Source of the DNA: an uncultured Actinomycetes bacterium
GTDB lineage: Bacteria; Actinomycetota; Thermoleophilia; Gaiellales; JAICJC01
Assembly (NCBI GenBank): GCA_963701125.1
Contig: OY969568.1
Span: forward strand, 2,071,510-2,135,509
DNA: 64,000 nt
Direction: 5' to 3'
A program made the position numbers and the translations under genes. Numbering within the stretch: position 1 is the first letter of the stretch; each line of letters begins with the position of its first letter. Of the stretch, positions 9,585-18,970 are shown piece by piece. The notes under the pieces are model-generated. The model was given only the letters and a program-made list of their open reading frames with translations, did not search any database and was not told the origin of the DNA.

Positions 9585-11180
9585 GTGATCTCGATCGTCG
9601 CACAGAACCCCGTGCTCCTCCTTTTCGGAGTGTGCGCGGTCGGGTTCGTCGCGGGCCGGGTGACGATCGGGGGCTTCTCGCTCGGCGTGGCCGCGGTGCT
9701 CTTCGTCGCCATCGGCGCCGGAGCGGTCAGCGCGCGCTGGGTGGTGCCCGAGGATGTGTGGGTGCTGGGCCTCGCGACGTTCGTCTACACGACGGGGTTG
9801 GCCTCCGGCCCGGGGTTCGTCGCCGCGATCCGCCGCCGCGGCCTGCCGCTGAACGCAGCCGCGCTCGCGACGCTCGGGGTCGTGGGCGTGACCGTGATCG
9901 CCGCCGTCCACGCGATCGGGACGAGCGCCGGGGTCGGGGCCGGCATCTTCGCAGGCGCGGTCACGAGCACTCCCGCGCTGGCGGCGGCAGTCGGCTATCT
10001 GCAGGCGCACACCGGCGCCACGGCGTTTGCCACCGTCGGCGCGCAGCCGATCGTCGGCTACTCGCTGTGCTATCCGCTGGGCGTTCTCATCCCGTTGCTC
10101 TCGTGTCACGCGCTCCTGCGGCGCGATCGCTCGCCGCGGTGCGAGCAGCTTGTCGAGGAGACCGCGCGGGTCGAGTACTTCCCCGAGGTCACGATCGCCG
10201 AGCTGGCCGCCGAGCTCGAGAACCGGGTCAGCTTCGGGCGCATCCTGCACGGGGGCGCCGTGCACGCGGCCGAGCCGCATCACACCCTCCATCCCGGCGA
10301 CCTCGTCACCGTGGTCGGGTCGGTCACCGACGTCGCCGTCGCCGTCGACCTGGTCGGAGCGCGCACCTCGACCGAGCTGACGGATGACCGCTCCGACCTC
10401 GACTTCCGCCGCGTGCTCGTCTCGAATTCGGCCCTCGCGGGCCATCGGATCCACGACATCGGCCTCGAGCGGCTGGATGCGACGGCCACCCGCGTGCGCC
10501 GCGGCGACACCGACCTCGTCGCGCGGCCCGACTTCGTGCTCGAGCTCGGCGATCACGTCCGGGTCGTGGCGCCGCGCGACCGCCTCGCGCAGGTGAACGA
10601 GCTCTTCGGCGACTCCTACCGCAGCCTGCGCGAGCTCGACGTGCTCACCTTCTCGCTCGGGATCGCGGCGGGGCTCCTGCTCGGTCTCGTGCCGCTGCCG
10701 CTCCCCGGCGGCGGCGTCTTCACGCTGGGGTTCGCGGGCGGCCCGCTCATCGCCGGCCTCGTGCTCGGCGCGCGCGAGCGCACGGGTGCACTCGTCTGGC
10801 AGCTGCCCCACGCCGCCAACATGACCCTGCGCCAGTTCGGCACCGTGCTGCTCCTGGCCGGGATCGGCACGAAGGCGGGGCAGTCCTTTGCGCATACGGT
10901 CACGTCGCCGCAGGCCGTGGCGATCGTCCTCGCCGGGGCCGCGGTCACGATCGTGATGGTCGCGGTCACCGTGATGGCCGGCACCCGGCTGCTGCGGCTG
11001 CCCGCATCGCAGCTTGCGGGCATGGTCGCCGGCGTGTCGACGCAGCCCGCGGTGCTCGCATTCGCGTCGGCCCATGCCACCGACGAGGACCAGGTGCTGG
11101 TGGGCTACTCGACGGTCTATCCGCTCGTCATGATCGCGAAGATCGTCGCAGTCCAGATCCTGATCACGGCATTGCGGTAG
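9585..11180 (+). CDS. AspT/YbjL-family exchanger with TrkA-C domains
   Basis: SLGVAAVLFV, GAVTSTPAL, YPLG, GFAGGPL, TQPAVL, YSTVYP..MIAKI; GGAGG before GTG 9585. Confidence 0.85.
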   Translation: MISIVAQNPVLLLFGVCAVGFVAGRVTIGGFSLGVAAVLFVAIGAGAVSARWVVPEDVWVLGLATFVYTTGLASGPGFVAAIRRRGLPLNAAALATLGVVGVTVIAAVHAIGTSAGVGAGIFAGAVTSTPALAAAVGYLQAHTGATAFATVGAQPIVGYSLCYPLGVLIPLLSCHALLRRDRSPRCEQLVEETARVEYFPEVTIAELAAELENRVSFGRILHGGAVHAAEPHHTLHPGDLVTVVGSVTDVAVAVDLVGARTSTELTDDRSDLDFRRVLVSNSALAGHRIHDIGLERLDATATRVRRGDTDLVARPDFVLELGDHVRVVAPRDRLAQVNELFGDSYRSLRELDVLTFSLGIAAGLLLGLVPLPLPGGGVFTLGFAGGPLIAGLVLGARERTGALVWQLPHAANMTLRQFGTVLLLAGIGTKAGQSFAHTVTSPQAVAIVLAGAAVTIVMVAVTVMAGTRLLRLPASQLAGMVAGVSTQPAVLAFASAHATDEDQVLVGYSTVYPLVMIAKIVAVQILITALR

Positions 11181-11205
11181 ACGCGGCTACGCGCCCGCCG
11201 GAGGC

Positions 11206-11237
11206 CCGCCCGAAAGGGAGATCCCCTTTTCGCGGTA
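11206..11237. promoter_or_regulatory. Candidate palindromic operator(s) upstream of secreted-fibre operon
   Basis: CCGCCCGAAAGGGAGA then TCCCCTTTTCGCGGTA; similar 16-mers at 59280 and 61845. Confidence 0.35.
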
Positions 11238-11335
11238 TGCGCGCCTCACCGTCCGCGGCCGAATTGTAAAGACGAACGTCCGCCGACTCTGCCTGCGTCC
11301 GCGCGTTCGTCCTTCCCCCCTTCACAGAGGAACTC

Positions 11336-11815
11336 ATGACTCGCAAACGCATCGTGCGTACGACCGTGGCCGCGGCCGTCGGTCTGCTCGTCGCGGGATC
11401 GGTCGCCTATGCGGCCTGGACCGTGAACGGCGGCGGCACCGGCACGGCGTCCGCCACCAGCGCGGTCGCGCTCACGCTCTCCGCCGGTACGCCCTCGACC
11501 TCGCTCTATCCGGGTGGCTCCGCCGACGTCGACACGACCGCCGCGAACTCCAACCCGTTCGCCGTCGCGGTCTCGAGCGTCGACCTCGACACCACCCAGG
11601 GCACGAACGGCTTCTCGGTCGACGCCGGACACTCGGGCTGCAACCTGAGCTCGCTGTCGTTCACGACCGCCACCGACGGCTGGACCATCCCCGCCAACTC
11701 GTCGATCGACATCGACGCCGCCGGCGACATCGCGATGAGCACCGCCGCCAACGACTCTTGTCAGGGCGCCACGTTTACCGTGTACCTGACTGCCACTGCA
11801 GCCAGCGCGTCCTAG
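11336..11815 (+). CDS. Secreted TasA/camelysin-like putative fibre subunit (acidic)
   Basis: GAGGA RBS; signal peptide ending AYA-AW; LYPG, NxNP, two Cys, C-terminal CQGATF; mature part has 10 Asp and no Lys/Arg. Confidence 0.65.
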   Translation: MTRKRIVRTTVAAAVGLLVAGSVAYAAWTVNGGGTGTASATSAVALTLSAGTPSTSLYPGGSADVDTTAANSNPFAVAVSSVDLDTTQGTNGFSVDAGHSGCNLSSLSFTTATDGWTIPANSSIDIDAAGDIAMSTAANDSCQGATFTVYLTATAASAS

Positions 11816-11825
11816 GCGGGATCTG

Positions 11826-14063
11826 ATGCTCGCCCGTCTCCGGGGCACGCCGCGCATGCGGTGCGGACTCCTGGTCATCGCCGCCCTTCTGGGCGGCGCG
11901 ACCACCGCATCCGCGTCGTGGCATCTGCCCGGAGACGGGGTGGGCGTCGCCCAGGCGAGCGTCGACTTCCACGCGCCGGTCGTGACCGCCGCGACGGTGG
12001 CGCCGCCCGGCATGACCGCCGCCGGAGGCGCGGTTGCGTCCGGCGGCCAGTTCGTCGTCTACGCGAACGTGGTCGACGTCGGCGTCTCGGGCGTCGCCTG
12101 GGTGCAGGCGAACGTCTCGGGCATCGAGACCGGCGCAACCGCGCTCTCGCTCTCGCCGTGCATCTCCGGCTGTACCGTCGGTGGCACGACATACGGCTGG
12201 TCGACCGCGTCCCAGACCGCCACCGCAGGCCTTGCCCAGGGCACGAAGACGTACACGATCTGGGGCCAGGACAACGCCGGCAACACCGGCGCGCCGGCAT
12301 CGCACTCGGTCACCGTCGACTCCACCCCGCCGACCATCTCCGCCGCCGTCGTCGCCATGGCGGCGCCGGCCACCGCCGGGTTTGTGCACTCGTCGGGCAC
12401 GTATGCGGTGTACGCGAAGGCGACCGACGGCGGCTCGCCCGCGAGCGGCATCGCGACCATGACTGCGAACGTCTCGGCCATCACGCCGGGGCAGACGGCC
12501 GTCGCGCTCACGACCTGCACGGTGTCCTGCACCGCGGGCGGCGTCACCTACGCCTACAAGAGCGCGTCGCTCACCGCGGGCTCGCCGGCAGACGGCAGCA
12601 AGAGCTTCTCGCTCACCGCCACCGACCCCGCGGCGAACGTGCAGACGACGAGCTTCGCGGCGACCGCCGACAGCACCCCGCCCACCGTCACCGCAGCGGT
12701 CGTGGTCAACACCACGCCGAGCTACGTCGGCTACACCAAGCCGGGCGGCGCCTATGTCGTCTACGCCAACGCGGCCGATGCGAACGTCTCCACGGTCACC
12801 GCGAACGTCTCGGGCCTCACGTCCGGCCAGACGGCTCTCACCCTCTCGGCCTGCTCGAGCGGCTGCACCCAGGGCGGCGTCACCTATGCCTACAAGAGCG
12901 CGAGCCAGACCGCCGGAGCCTCGATCGCGCAGGGTGCAACGCCGTTCTCGGTGACGGCGACCGACAAGGCGGCCAACGCAACGACGGGCTCCTACTCGGT
13001 GACCGTCGACTCGACCGGGCCCACCGTCTCCGGTGTGGCCATCGCGAACACGACGACGAGCGTCTCGGGCCTGATCCGCAAGAGCGGCGCCTACATCGTG
13101 TACGCGAACGCCGCCGACGCCCTGGGTATCACGTCGGTCAAGGCCAACGTCTCGACGATCACGAGCGGGCAGACCGCGCTCGCGCTCTCGGCCTGCACGA
13201 CGTCGTGCACGGTGGGCGGCGTCACCTACGGCTACAAGAGCACCTCGAAGACCGCGTCATCGACGCTCGCCGCGGGCTCGGTGGCGTTCTCGGTCACGGC
13301 GACCGACGGCCTCTCCAACACGACCACGGCGAACGGCTCGGTCACGGTCGACAACACGGTGCCCGCGCTCTCGGCCGAGGCGATCGCAACCGTTGCGACC
13401 GGGGTCCCGGGCTACATGAGCCAGGGGCACACCTACCTCGTGTATGCGAGCGCAACCGATGCGAGCGGGGTCTACTCCGTGAGCGCAAACGTCAGGAATC
13501 TGACGACCGGCGCGACCGCCGTCGCGATGCCGGCATGTGCGACCGGCTGCACCGTCGGCGGCGTCACCTACGGCTACGCGAGCGCCGTCGAGACGGGCAA
13601 GGCCTCGATCACCGCGGGCAGCAAGGCCTACACCGTCACGGTGACCGACCGCGCGGGCAACACCGCCAGCATCTCGCCGACCGTGACCATCGACGACACG
13701 GCGCCGACGATCGCGATCACCTTCCCGACCGCGGCCTACAACGGCGGCTGGTCGGCGGGCTGCAGCACCCCGTCCACCGAGGACATCTGCGGCACGGTCA
13801 GCGACGCGACGAGCGGCGTCTCGGGCGTGCAGCTGAGCCTGCGCCAGGCCACGTCGCCGAGCCTCTACTGGAACCCGGGCACGAGCTCGTTCTCGTCGGC
13901 GAGCGAGGTGCTGATGTCCTCGCCGCTCGCGCTGCCGAACTGGACGTTCCCGGCGTCGGCCGCCTGGTTCACCAGCGGCTCGTCCTACACGATCCGGGCC
14001 GTCGCGACCGACGGCGCCGCGAACACCGCCACCACATCGACGACCTTTACCTTCAAGCCCTGA
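11826..14063 (+). CDS. Large secreted protein with five Ig-like repeats, putative tip adhesin
   Basis: Signal peptide ending ASA-SW; five ~115-aa Ser/Thr-rich repeats each with CxxxCTxGGxTY and D-x-T-x-P linkers; distinct last domain. Confidence 0.8.
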   Translation: MLARLRGTPRMRCGLLVIAALLGGATTASASWHLPGDGVGVAQASVDFHAPVVTAATVAPPGMTAAGGAVASGGQFVVYANVVDVGVSGVAWVQANVSGIETGATALSLSPCISGCTVGGTTYGWSTASQTATAGLAQGTKTYTIWGQDNAGNTGAPASHSVTVDSTPPTISAAVVAMAAPATAGFVHSSGTYAVYAKATDGGSPASGIATMTANVSAITPGQTAVALTTCTVSCTAGGVTYAYKSASLTAGSPADGSKSFSLTATDPAANVQTTSFAATADSTPPTVTAAVVVNTTPSYVGYTKPGGAYVVYANAADANVSTVTANVSGLTSGQTALTLSACSSGCTQGGVTYAYKSASQTAGASIAQGATPFSVTATDKAANATTGSYSVTVDSTGPTVSGVAIANTTTSVSGLIRKSGAYIVYANAADALGITSVKANVSTITSGQTALALSACTTSCTVGGVTYGYKSTSKTASSTLAAGSVAFSVTATDGLSNTTTANGSVTVDNTVPALSAEAIATVATGVPGYMSQGHTYLVYASATDASGVYSVSANVRNLTTGATAVAMPACATGCTVGGVTYGYASAVETGKASITAGSKAYTVTVTDRAGNTASISPTVTIDDTAPTIAITFPTAAYNGGWSAGCSTPSTEDICGTVSDATSGVSGVQLSLRQATSPSLYWNPGTSSFSSASEVLMSSPLALPNWTFPASAAWFTSGSSYTIRAVATDGAANTATTSTTFTFKP

Positions 14064-14065
14064 TC

Positions 14066-14506
14066 GTGCGCTTCTTCCTCTCCACAGCCGTCGTGCTCGC
14101 CGTCACCGCGGGCGTCGCCCTGTCGTCGGCCGCCCATCCCGGGCCCGCGCACACAGGCCGCCTCGAGCTGCTTGCCTCGACGAAGAAGCCGGTGACCGTC
14201 ACGGGCGTGCCGGTCACGGGCCTCTATCCGGGCGCCTCCAGATCGCTCACGGTGACGGTCAAGAACCCGAACACCATCAGGATCAAGATCGCGACCATCA
14301 AGACCAAGGTGACGAAGACCTCGGTCGCCGGCTGTTCGACCGTCGCCCAGAACCTGACCGTGACGCACCCCAAGGCGGGTCTCAAGATCGCGCCGAAGAA
14401 GAGCGCCAAGCTCGTCCTGACCGTGATGATGCCGACGAGCGTCGCAGACGCCTGTCAGGGCGCGAAGTTCTCGATCTCGATCTCGATCAGGGCGATCAAG
14501 GGCTGA
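14066..14506 (+). CDS. Basic paralogue of the TasA-like subunit
   Basis: GTG 14066; hydrophobic N-terminus; LYPG, KNPN, two Cys, CQGAKF; 14 Lys + 5 Arg vs 2 acidic residues. Confidence 0.7.
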   Translation: MRFFLSTAVVLAVTAGVALSSAAHPGPAHTGRLELLASTKKPVTVTGVPVTGLYPGASRSLTVTVKNPNTIRIKIATIKTKVTKTSVAGCSTVAQNLTVTHPKAGLKIAPKKSAKLVLTVMMPTSVADACQGAKFSISISIRAIKG

Positions 14507-16193
14507 CGCCCGCGGCCGCGGTGGCCGCGATGCGGCCGTCGCGCAGCTCGAGCACCTCGTCGGCGGCCTCGAGCCCGCCCGTGCGGTGGGTGATGATGAG
14601 GACGCCGATGCCGGCGCCGCGCGCCGTCTCGAGCAGCTCCCGGGTGAGCGCCGCCGCCGCCCGGGCGTCGAGGTGGGCGGCCGGCTCGTCGAGCACGAGG
14701 AGGCGCACGTCGGCCAGCAGCGCGCGGGCGAGCGAGAGCCGCTGGCGCTGGCCCCCGGAGACGCCCTCGCCGCCCTCGCCGAGCCGCGTGTCGAGGCCCT
14801 CGGGCAGCGCGGCCACCCAGTCGGCGGAGTGTGCGCGGCGCAGAGCGTCGGTGAGCTCCGCGTCGGTCGCGGCCTGCCGGGCAATGCGCAGGTTCTCGCG
14901 GATGCTCGTCGGGAACAGGTGGGCCTCCTGCCCGCCGAGGCCGACGATCGCGCGGACGTCCGCCTGGGCGTACCTGCGCAGGTCGATGCCGTCGAGCTCG
15001 ACGCAGCCGGCGTCAGGGTCGCGGAAGCGCACGAGCAGGTTCGCGAGCGTCGTCTTGCCGGCGCCGCTCGGCCCGGTGAGGGCCACGATCCGGCCGGGCC
15101 GCAGGTCGAGATCGATCCCGTCGAGCACCCACGGTCCGTCGCCGTAGCGGGCTCGTACGCCGCGCAGCCCGACGTGTCCAGCTCCCACCGGTGCGACCGG
15201 AGCCTCGGGATCGACGACCGGGGGCGTGCGATCGGTCAGCTCGAGCACCCGCCCGGCCGCGTGCGCCGTTGCGGCCAGGTGGGCGGCGGCGGCCGGGAGC
15301 GGGCGCACGGCCTCGAATGCCGCGAGGGCGAGCAGCGCGAGCATCCCCAGGTAGACGCCCGAGAGCGCGCCTCCCGACACGGCCGGGATCGACACGAGCA
15401 GCACGCCCGCCACGGCCAGGCCGGCGAGCGCCGTGACGACGCCCTCGGCGACGGCGGCGACGAGCGCGGTCCGGCGGCGATGGCCTCCGAGCTCTGCGTC
15501 GCAGGCGCCGACACGCGCGGCCGATCTGCCGGCGGCGCCGAACGCGGCCAGCTCGGGCGCGCAGTCAAGCGCCTCGACCAGCTCGGCCGACAGGCGCGCG
15601 CGGGCCGGCGCCTCGCGGTGCGCGCTCGAGCGGCCGGCCAGTGCCCCGGCGGCCGGCAGCGCCACCCCTGCGGCGAGCAGGAGCGCCGCGAGCACGAGGG
15701 CGGCGACCGGCAGGGCGAATGCGGAGACGCCGACGGCGATCGCCCCGGCGAGCAGCGCCACCGCCATCGGGCCCGCCGCCCGCAGCCACAGATTCTGGAG
15801 CTCGTCGACGTCGGCGACGAACCTGCTCAGGAGGTCGCCGGTGCGCACGCCGGGCAGGCCGGCCGGGACGAGCGGCTCAAGCCGGGTGAAGAGGCGCGCG
15901 CGGACCGTTCCGAGCGCGCGCAGCGTGGCGTCGTGCCCCGCCAGCCGCTCGAGATAGCGCAGCACCGCGCGGGAGACGCCGAAGAACCGGACGGCGACGA
16001 TCGCAACCGAGAGCTCGAGGATCGGGGGACGCTGCGCGGCGCGCGAGATCAGATATCCCGACGTCGCCAGCAGGCCGATGCCCGCGCCGATCGCGAGCGC
16101 GCCGAGCACCGCCGCCGCCAGCAGCCGGCCCGCGTGCGGGCGCGAGAGCGCGGCGATCCGAACGACCGGCGAGCGGGTCTGCGCCACGCTCAT
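14496..16193 (-). CDS. cydC: Thiol reductant ABC exporter CydC
   Basis: [39 protein letters not shown]; ATG 16193 overlaps cydD stop. Confidence 0.92.
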   Translation of the reverse strand: MSVAQTRSPVVRIAALSRPHAGRLLAAAVLGALAIGAGIGLLATSGYLISRAAQRPPILELSVAIVAVRFFGVSRAVLRYLERLAGHDATLRALGTVRARLFTRLEPLVPAGLPGVRTGDLLSRFVADVDELQNLWLRAAGPMAVALLAGAIAVGVSAFALPVAALVLAALLLAAGVALPAAGALAGRSSAHREAPARARLSAELVEALDCAPELAAFGAAGRSAARVGACDAELGGHRRRTALVAAVAEGVVTALAGLAVAGVLLVSIPAVSGGALSGVYLGMLALLALAAFEAVRPLPAAAAHLAATAHAAGRVLELTDRTPPVVDPEAPVAPVGAGHVGLRGVRARYGDGPWVLDGIDLDLRPGRIVALTGPSGAGKTTLANLLVRFRDPDAGCVELDGIDLRRYAQADVRAIVGLGGQEAHLFPTSIRENLRIARQAATDAELTDALRRAHSADWVAALPEGLDTRLGEGGEGVSGGQRQRLSLARALLADVRLLVLDEPAAHLDARAAAALTRELLETARGAGIGVLIITHRTGGLEAADEVLELRDGRIAATAAAGVSP

Positions 16194-17863
16194 GTGGACG
16201 CCCCTGCGAGCTCGCCCGCGCGGATGCGGCCCGCGTCCATGCGGACGATGCGGTCGGCGACGCGGGCCGCGAGCTGCTCGTCGTGGGTGATCACGATGAC
16301 GGTGCGGTCGCGCGGCATCGCCGCGAGCGACGCGGCGATCTCGGCGCAGGCGCCGGGGTCGAGGTTCGTCGTCGGCTCGTCGAGCAGCAGCAGCGGGGCG
16401 TCGCGCAAGAGCGCCCGCGCGAGCGCCACGCGGCGCAGCTGTCCGGCCGAGAGCCCCGCGCCGCCGTCGCCGACGCGCGTCGCGTATCCGGCCGGAAGCG
16501 CGCGGATGAACCCGTCGGCGGCTGCGGTGCGCGCGGCCGCGGCCACGTCTGCGTCGTTGGCCTCGGGCCGTCCGAGCCGGATGGCGTCGGCGATCGTCCC
16601 GGCCGGCAGGTGCGGCCGCTGCGGCAGCCATGCGACCTGTGCGCGCCACTGCTCGCGGTCGATCGACGAAAGGTCGCGGTCGCCGTAGAGCACGCGGCCG
16701 GCCTGCGCTCGCTCGCTGCCGAGCAGGAGCCGGACGAACGTCGTCTTGCCCGCACCCGAGGGGCCGACGATGGCCACCCGCTCGCCGGCGGCGACGGTCA
16801 GGTCGACGTCCGAGAGGGCCGGCGCGGTCCGCCCCGGATAGGTGAAACTCACGTCCACCAGGGTGATCGCGTGCATGCCTCGTGGCGGTGCCGCTCCCGT
16901 CGTCGCCTCGGGGTCCGGAAGCGCTTCGAGCTCGGCGAAGATCCGCTCCGCGGCCGCCATGCCGTCGGTGCTCGCGTGGAACTGCGTGGCGGCGGCGCGC
17001 AGCGGCAGGTAGAGCTCGGGCGCAAGCACGAGCACCGTGAGCGCCTGCGCAAGCGCGATGCCGCCGTCGTCGAGCCGGATGCCGATCTCGACCGCGACGA
17101 CCGCCGTGCCCAGCGTCGCCGCCAGCTCGAGCACGAGCGCCGAGAGAAACGCGATCCGAAGCGTCGCCATCGTCTCGCGGCGGTAGCCCTCGGAGGTCTC
17201 GGCGATCCGACCTGCCTGTGCCGTTCCGCGGTTGTACGCGCGCAGGGTCGGCAGACCTTGGACAACGCTCAGGAAGTGGCTTCCGAGCTCTGTGAGGGCC
17301 GCGTGCCGCGACCGTGCCCGACGGCCCGCCTCGCGCCCGACGAGCACGCCGAAGATCGGGATGAGCGGCAGCGTCGCCGCCATGATGAGCGCGGACTCGG
17401 CGTCGATGAATGCGACCCAGGCGAGGATCGAGAGGGGCACGACGGCGGCGAGCACAAGCTGGGGCAGATAGCGGCTGAAGTATGGGTCGAGCGCGTCGAT
17501 CCCGTCCACCGCGGCCGTGGCGATCGCCCCGGTCGACCGTCCCTCGGCGCCCGCACCGAGGATGGCGGCGACGAGCCTGCGGCGCAGCGCGCGCGTGGTG
17601 GCCGCGGCGGTCAGGTCTCCGCCGGCCTGGAAGGCCCAGGCCAGAAGGCCGCGCAGGACGGCTGCCGCCGCGAGCAGGGCCAGGGCCGGGCCGACCGCCC
17701 GCAGGGTGCGATGGCCGAGGAAGACGCGCGCGATCACGTCGCCGATGAGCGTCGCCTGGAGGATCACGACGACGGCGGTCGCGAGCGCGAGCAGCCCGCA
17801 GGCGGCCAGGAACCGCCGCACCGCGGGGGTGGCGGCCGTCAGGCGCGGATCAACGCCCCGCAC
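16190..17863 (-). CDS. cydD: Thiol reductant ABC exporter CydD
   Basis: [39 protein letters not shown]. Confidence 0.92.
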   Translation of the reverse strand: MRGVDPRLTAATPAVRRFLAACGLLALATAVVVILQATLIGDVIARVFLGHRTLRAVGPALALLAAAAVLRGLLAWAFQAGGDLTAAATTRALRRRLVAAILGAGAEGRSTGAIATAAVDGIDALDPYFSRYLPQLVLAAVVPLSILAWVAFIDAESALIMAATLPLIPIFGVLVGREAGRRARSRHAALTELGSHFLSVVQGLPTLRAYNRGTAQAGRIAETSEGYRRETMATLRIAFLSALVLELAATLGTAVVAVEIGIRLDDGGIALAQALTVLVLAPELYLPLRAAATQFHASTDGMAAAERIFAELEALPDPEATTGAAPPRGMHAITLVDVSFTYPGRTAPALSDVDLTVAAGERVAIVGPSGAGKTTFVRLLLGSERAQAGRVLYGDRDLSSIDREQWRAQVAWLPQRPHLPAGTIADAIRLGRPEANDADVAAAARTAAADGFIRALPAGYATRVGDGGAGLSAGQLRRVALARALLRDAPLLLLDEPTTNLDPGACAEIAASLAAMPRDRTVIVITHDEQLAARVADRIVRMDAGRIRAGELAGAST

Positions 17864-17866
17864 GCG

Positions 17867-18958
17867 TCAATCGCCCGTGGGGGCGCCTGTGGAGCCGTTG
17901 CTGGGGCCCGAGAGCATCTCGATCGGGCTCTTGATCGGCCCCATGTCTTCGCGGCCGATGCGGTGCCGGAACACGTAGTAGGTCCAGCCCTGGTACACGA
18001 GCACCACCGGGGTGAGCGAGAGCGCGACGACCGTCATGACCGCCAGCGTGTAGTGGCTCGACGAGGCGTTCCAGACCGTCAGGCTGTAGGCCGCCTTCGT
18101 GCTCGACACCATCACCCGCGGGTACATGTTCAGGAAGATCGTCGCGGTGATGAGGCCGATCGTGAGCGTCGTCGTCGCGAAGGCCAGCCCGTCGCGGCCC
18201 GCCCGCACCATGAACGGCAGCGCGAGCGCGAACCCGACCGCCGAAAGCGGGATGACGCCCGGGACGACGCCCTTGCCGTTGCCGGACACGGCGTTCCCGT
18301 ATGTCCATGCGAGGAACGCGAAGACGAGCACCGCCGAGAGGAGCGACAGCTGCCTCGCCGCCGACCGGGCGCGGTCGACGAGCTCGCCCTTCGTCTTGAT
18401 CGAGAGGTACACGGCGCCGTGCAGCGTGAACAGCGCGAGCGTCATCAGGCCGGCGACGAGCGAGTAGGGGTTCAGGAGCGTGAAGAAGTTCCCGGTGAAC
18501 TCCCCCGACCGGTCGATCGGGACGCCCTGCACGATGTTGCCGAACCCGACCCCCCAGAGCAGCGCGGGCAGCGCCGAGCCGAAGAAGATCGCCCGGTCCC
18601 ACCATGCCTTCCACGTCGGCGAGTCGTGCTTGCCGCGGTACTCGAAGGCGACCCCGCGGATGATCAGCGCGAACAGGATCAGGAACAGGGCCAGGTAGAA
18701 GCCGGAGAACAGGGTCGCGTACCAGTCGGGGAACGCGGCGAACGTGGCCCCGCCGGCGACGAGGAGCCAGACCTCGTTCCCGTCCCACACCGGTCCGATG
18801 GTGTTGACGATGACACGGCGGTCGGTCTCGTCGCGGCCGAGCAGGGGCAGCAGGATGCCGACGCCGAAGTCGAACCCCTCGAGGATGAAGTAGCCGATCC
18901 ACAGGACCGCGATCAGGCCGAACCAGAGCGTCTGCAGGTGCCAGTATCCGCTGTGCAT
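17867..18958 (-). CDS. cydB: Cytochrome bd oxidase subunit II
   Basis: LEGFDFGVG, IGPVWDGNEVW, RGVAFEYR, YQGWTYYVFR. Confidence 0.95.
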   Translation of the reverse strand: MHSGYWHLQTLWFGLIAVLWIGYFILEGFDFGVGILLPLLGRDETDRRVIVNTIGPVWDGNEVWLLVAGGATFAAFPDWYATLFSGFYLALFLILFALIIRGVAFEYRGKHDSPTWKAWWDRAIFFGSALPALLWGVGFGNIVQGVPIDRSGEFTGNFFTLLNPYSLVAGLMTLALFTLHGAVYLSIKTKGELVDRARSAARQLSLLSAVLVFAFLAWTYGNAVSGNGKGVVPGVIPLSAVGFALALPFMVRAGRDGLAFATTTLTIGLITATIFLNMYPRVMVSSTKAAYSLTVWNASSSHYTLAVMTVVALSLTPVVLVYQGWTYYVFRHRIGREDMGPIKSPIEMLSGPSNGSTGAPTGD

Positions 18959-18970
18959 CGCGTCCTCCTC

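Noticed and set aside
11271-11311. Possible riboswitch before the fibre operon (GACGAACG/CGTTCGTC stem)
   Set aside because: Only an 8-bp stem, no aptamer consensus I recognise; an Rfam scan would decide
11861-14065. First 735 aa of the 881-aa ORF
   Set aside because: Off-frame overlap of the repeat protein; only the part from GTG 14066 is protein-like
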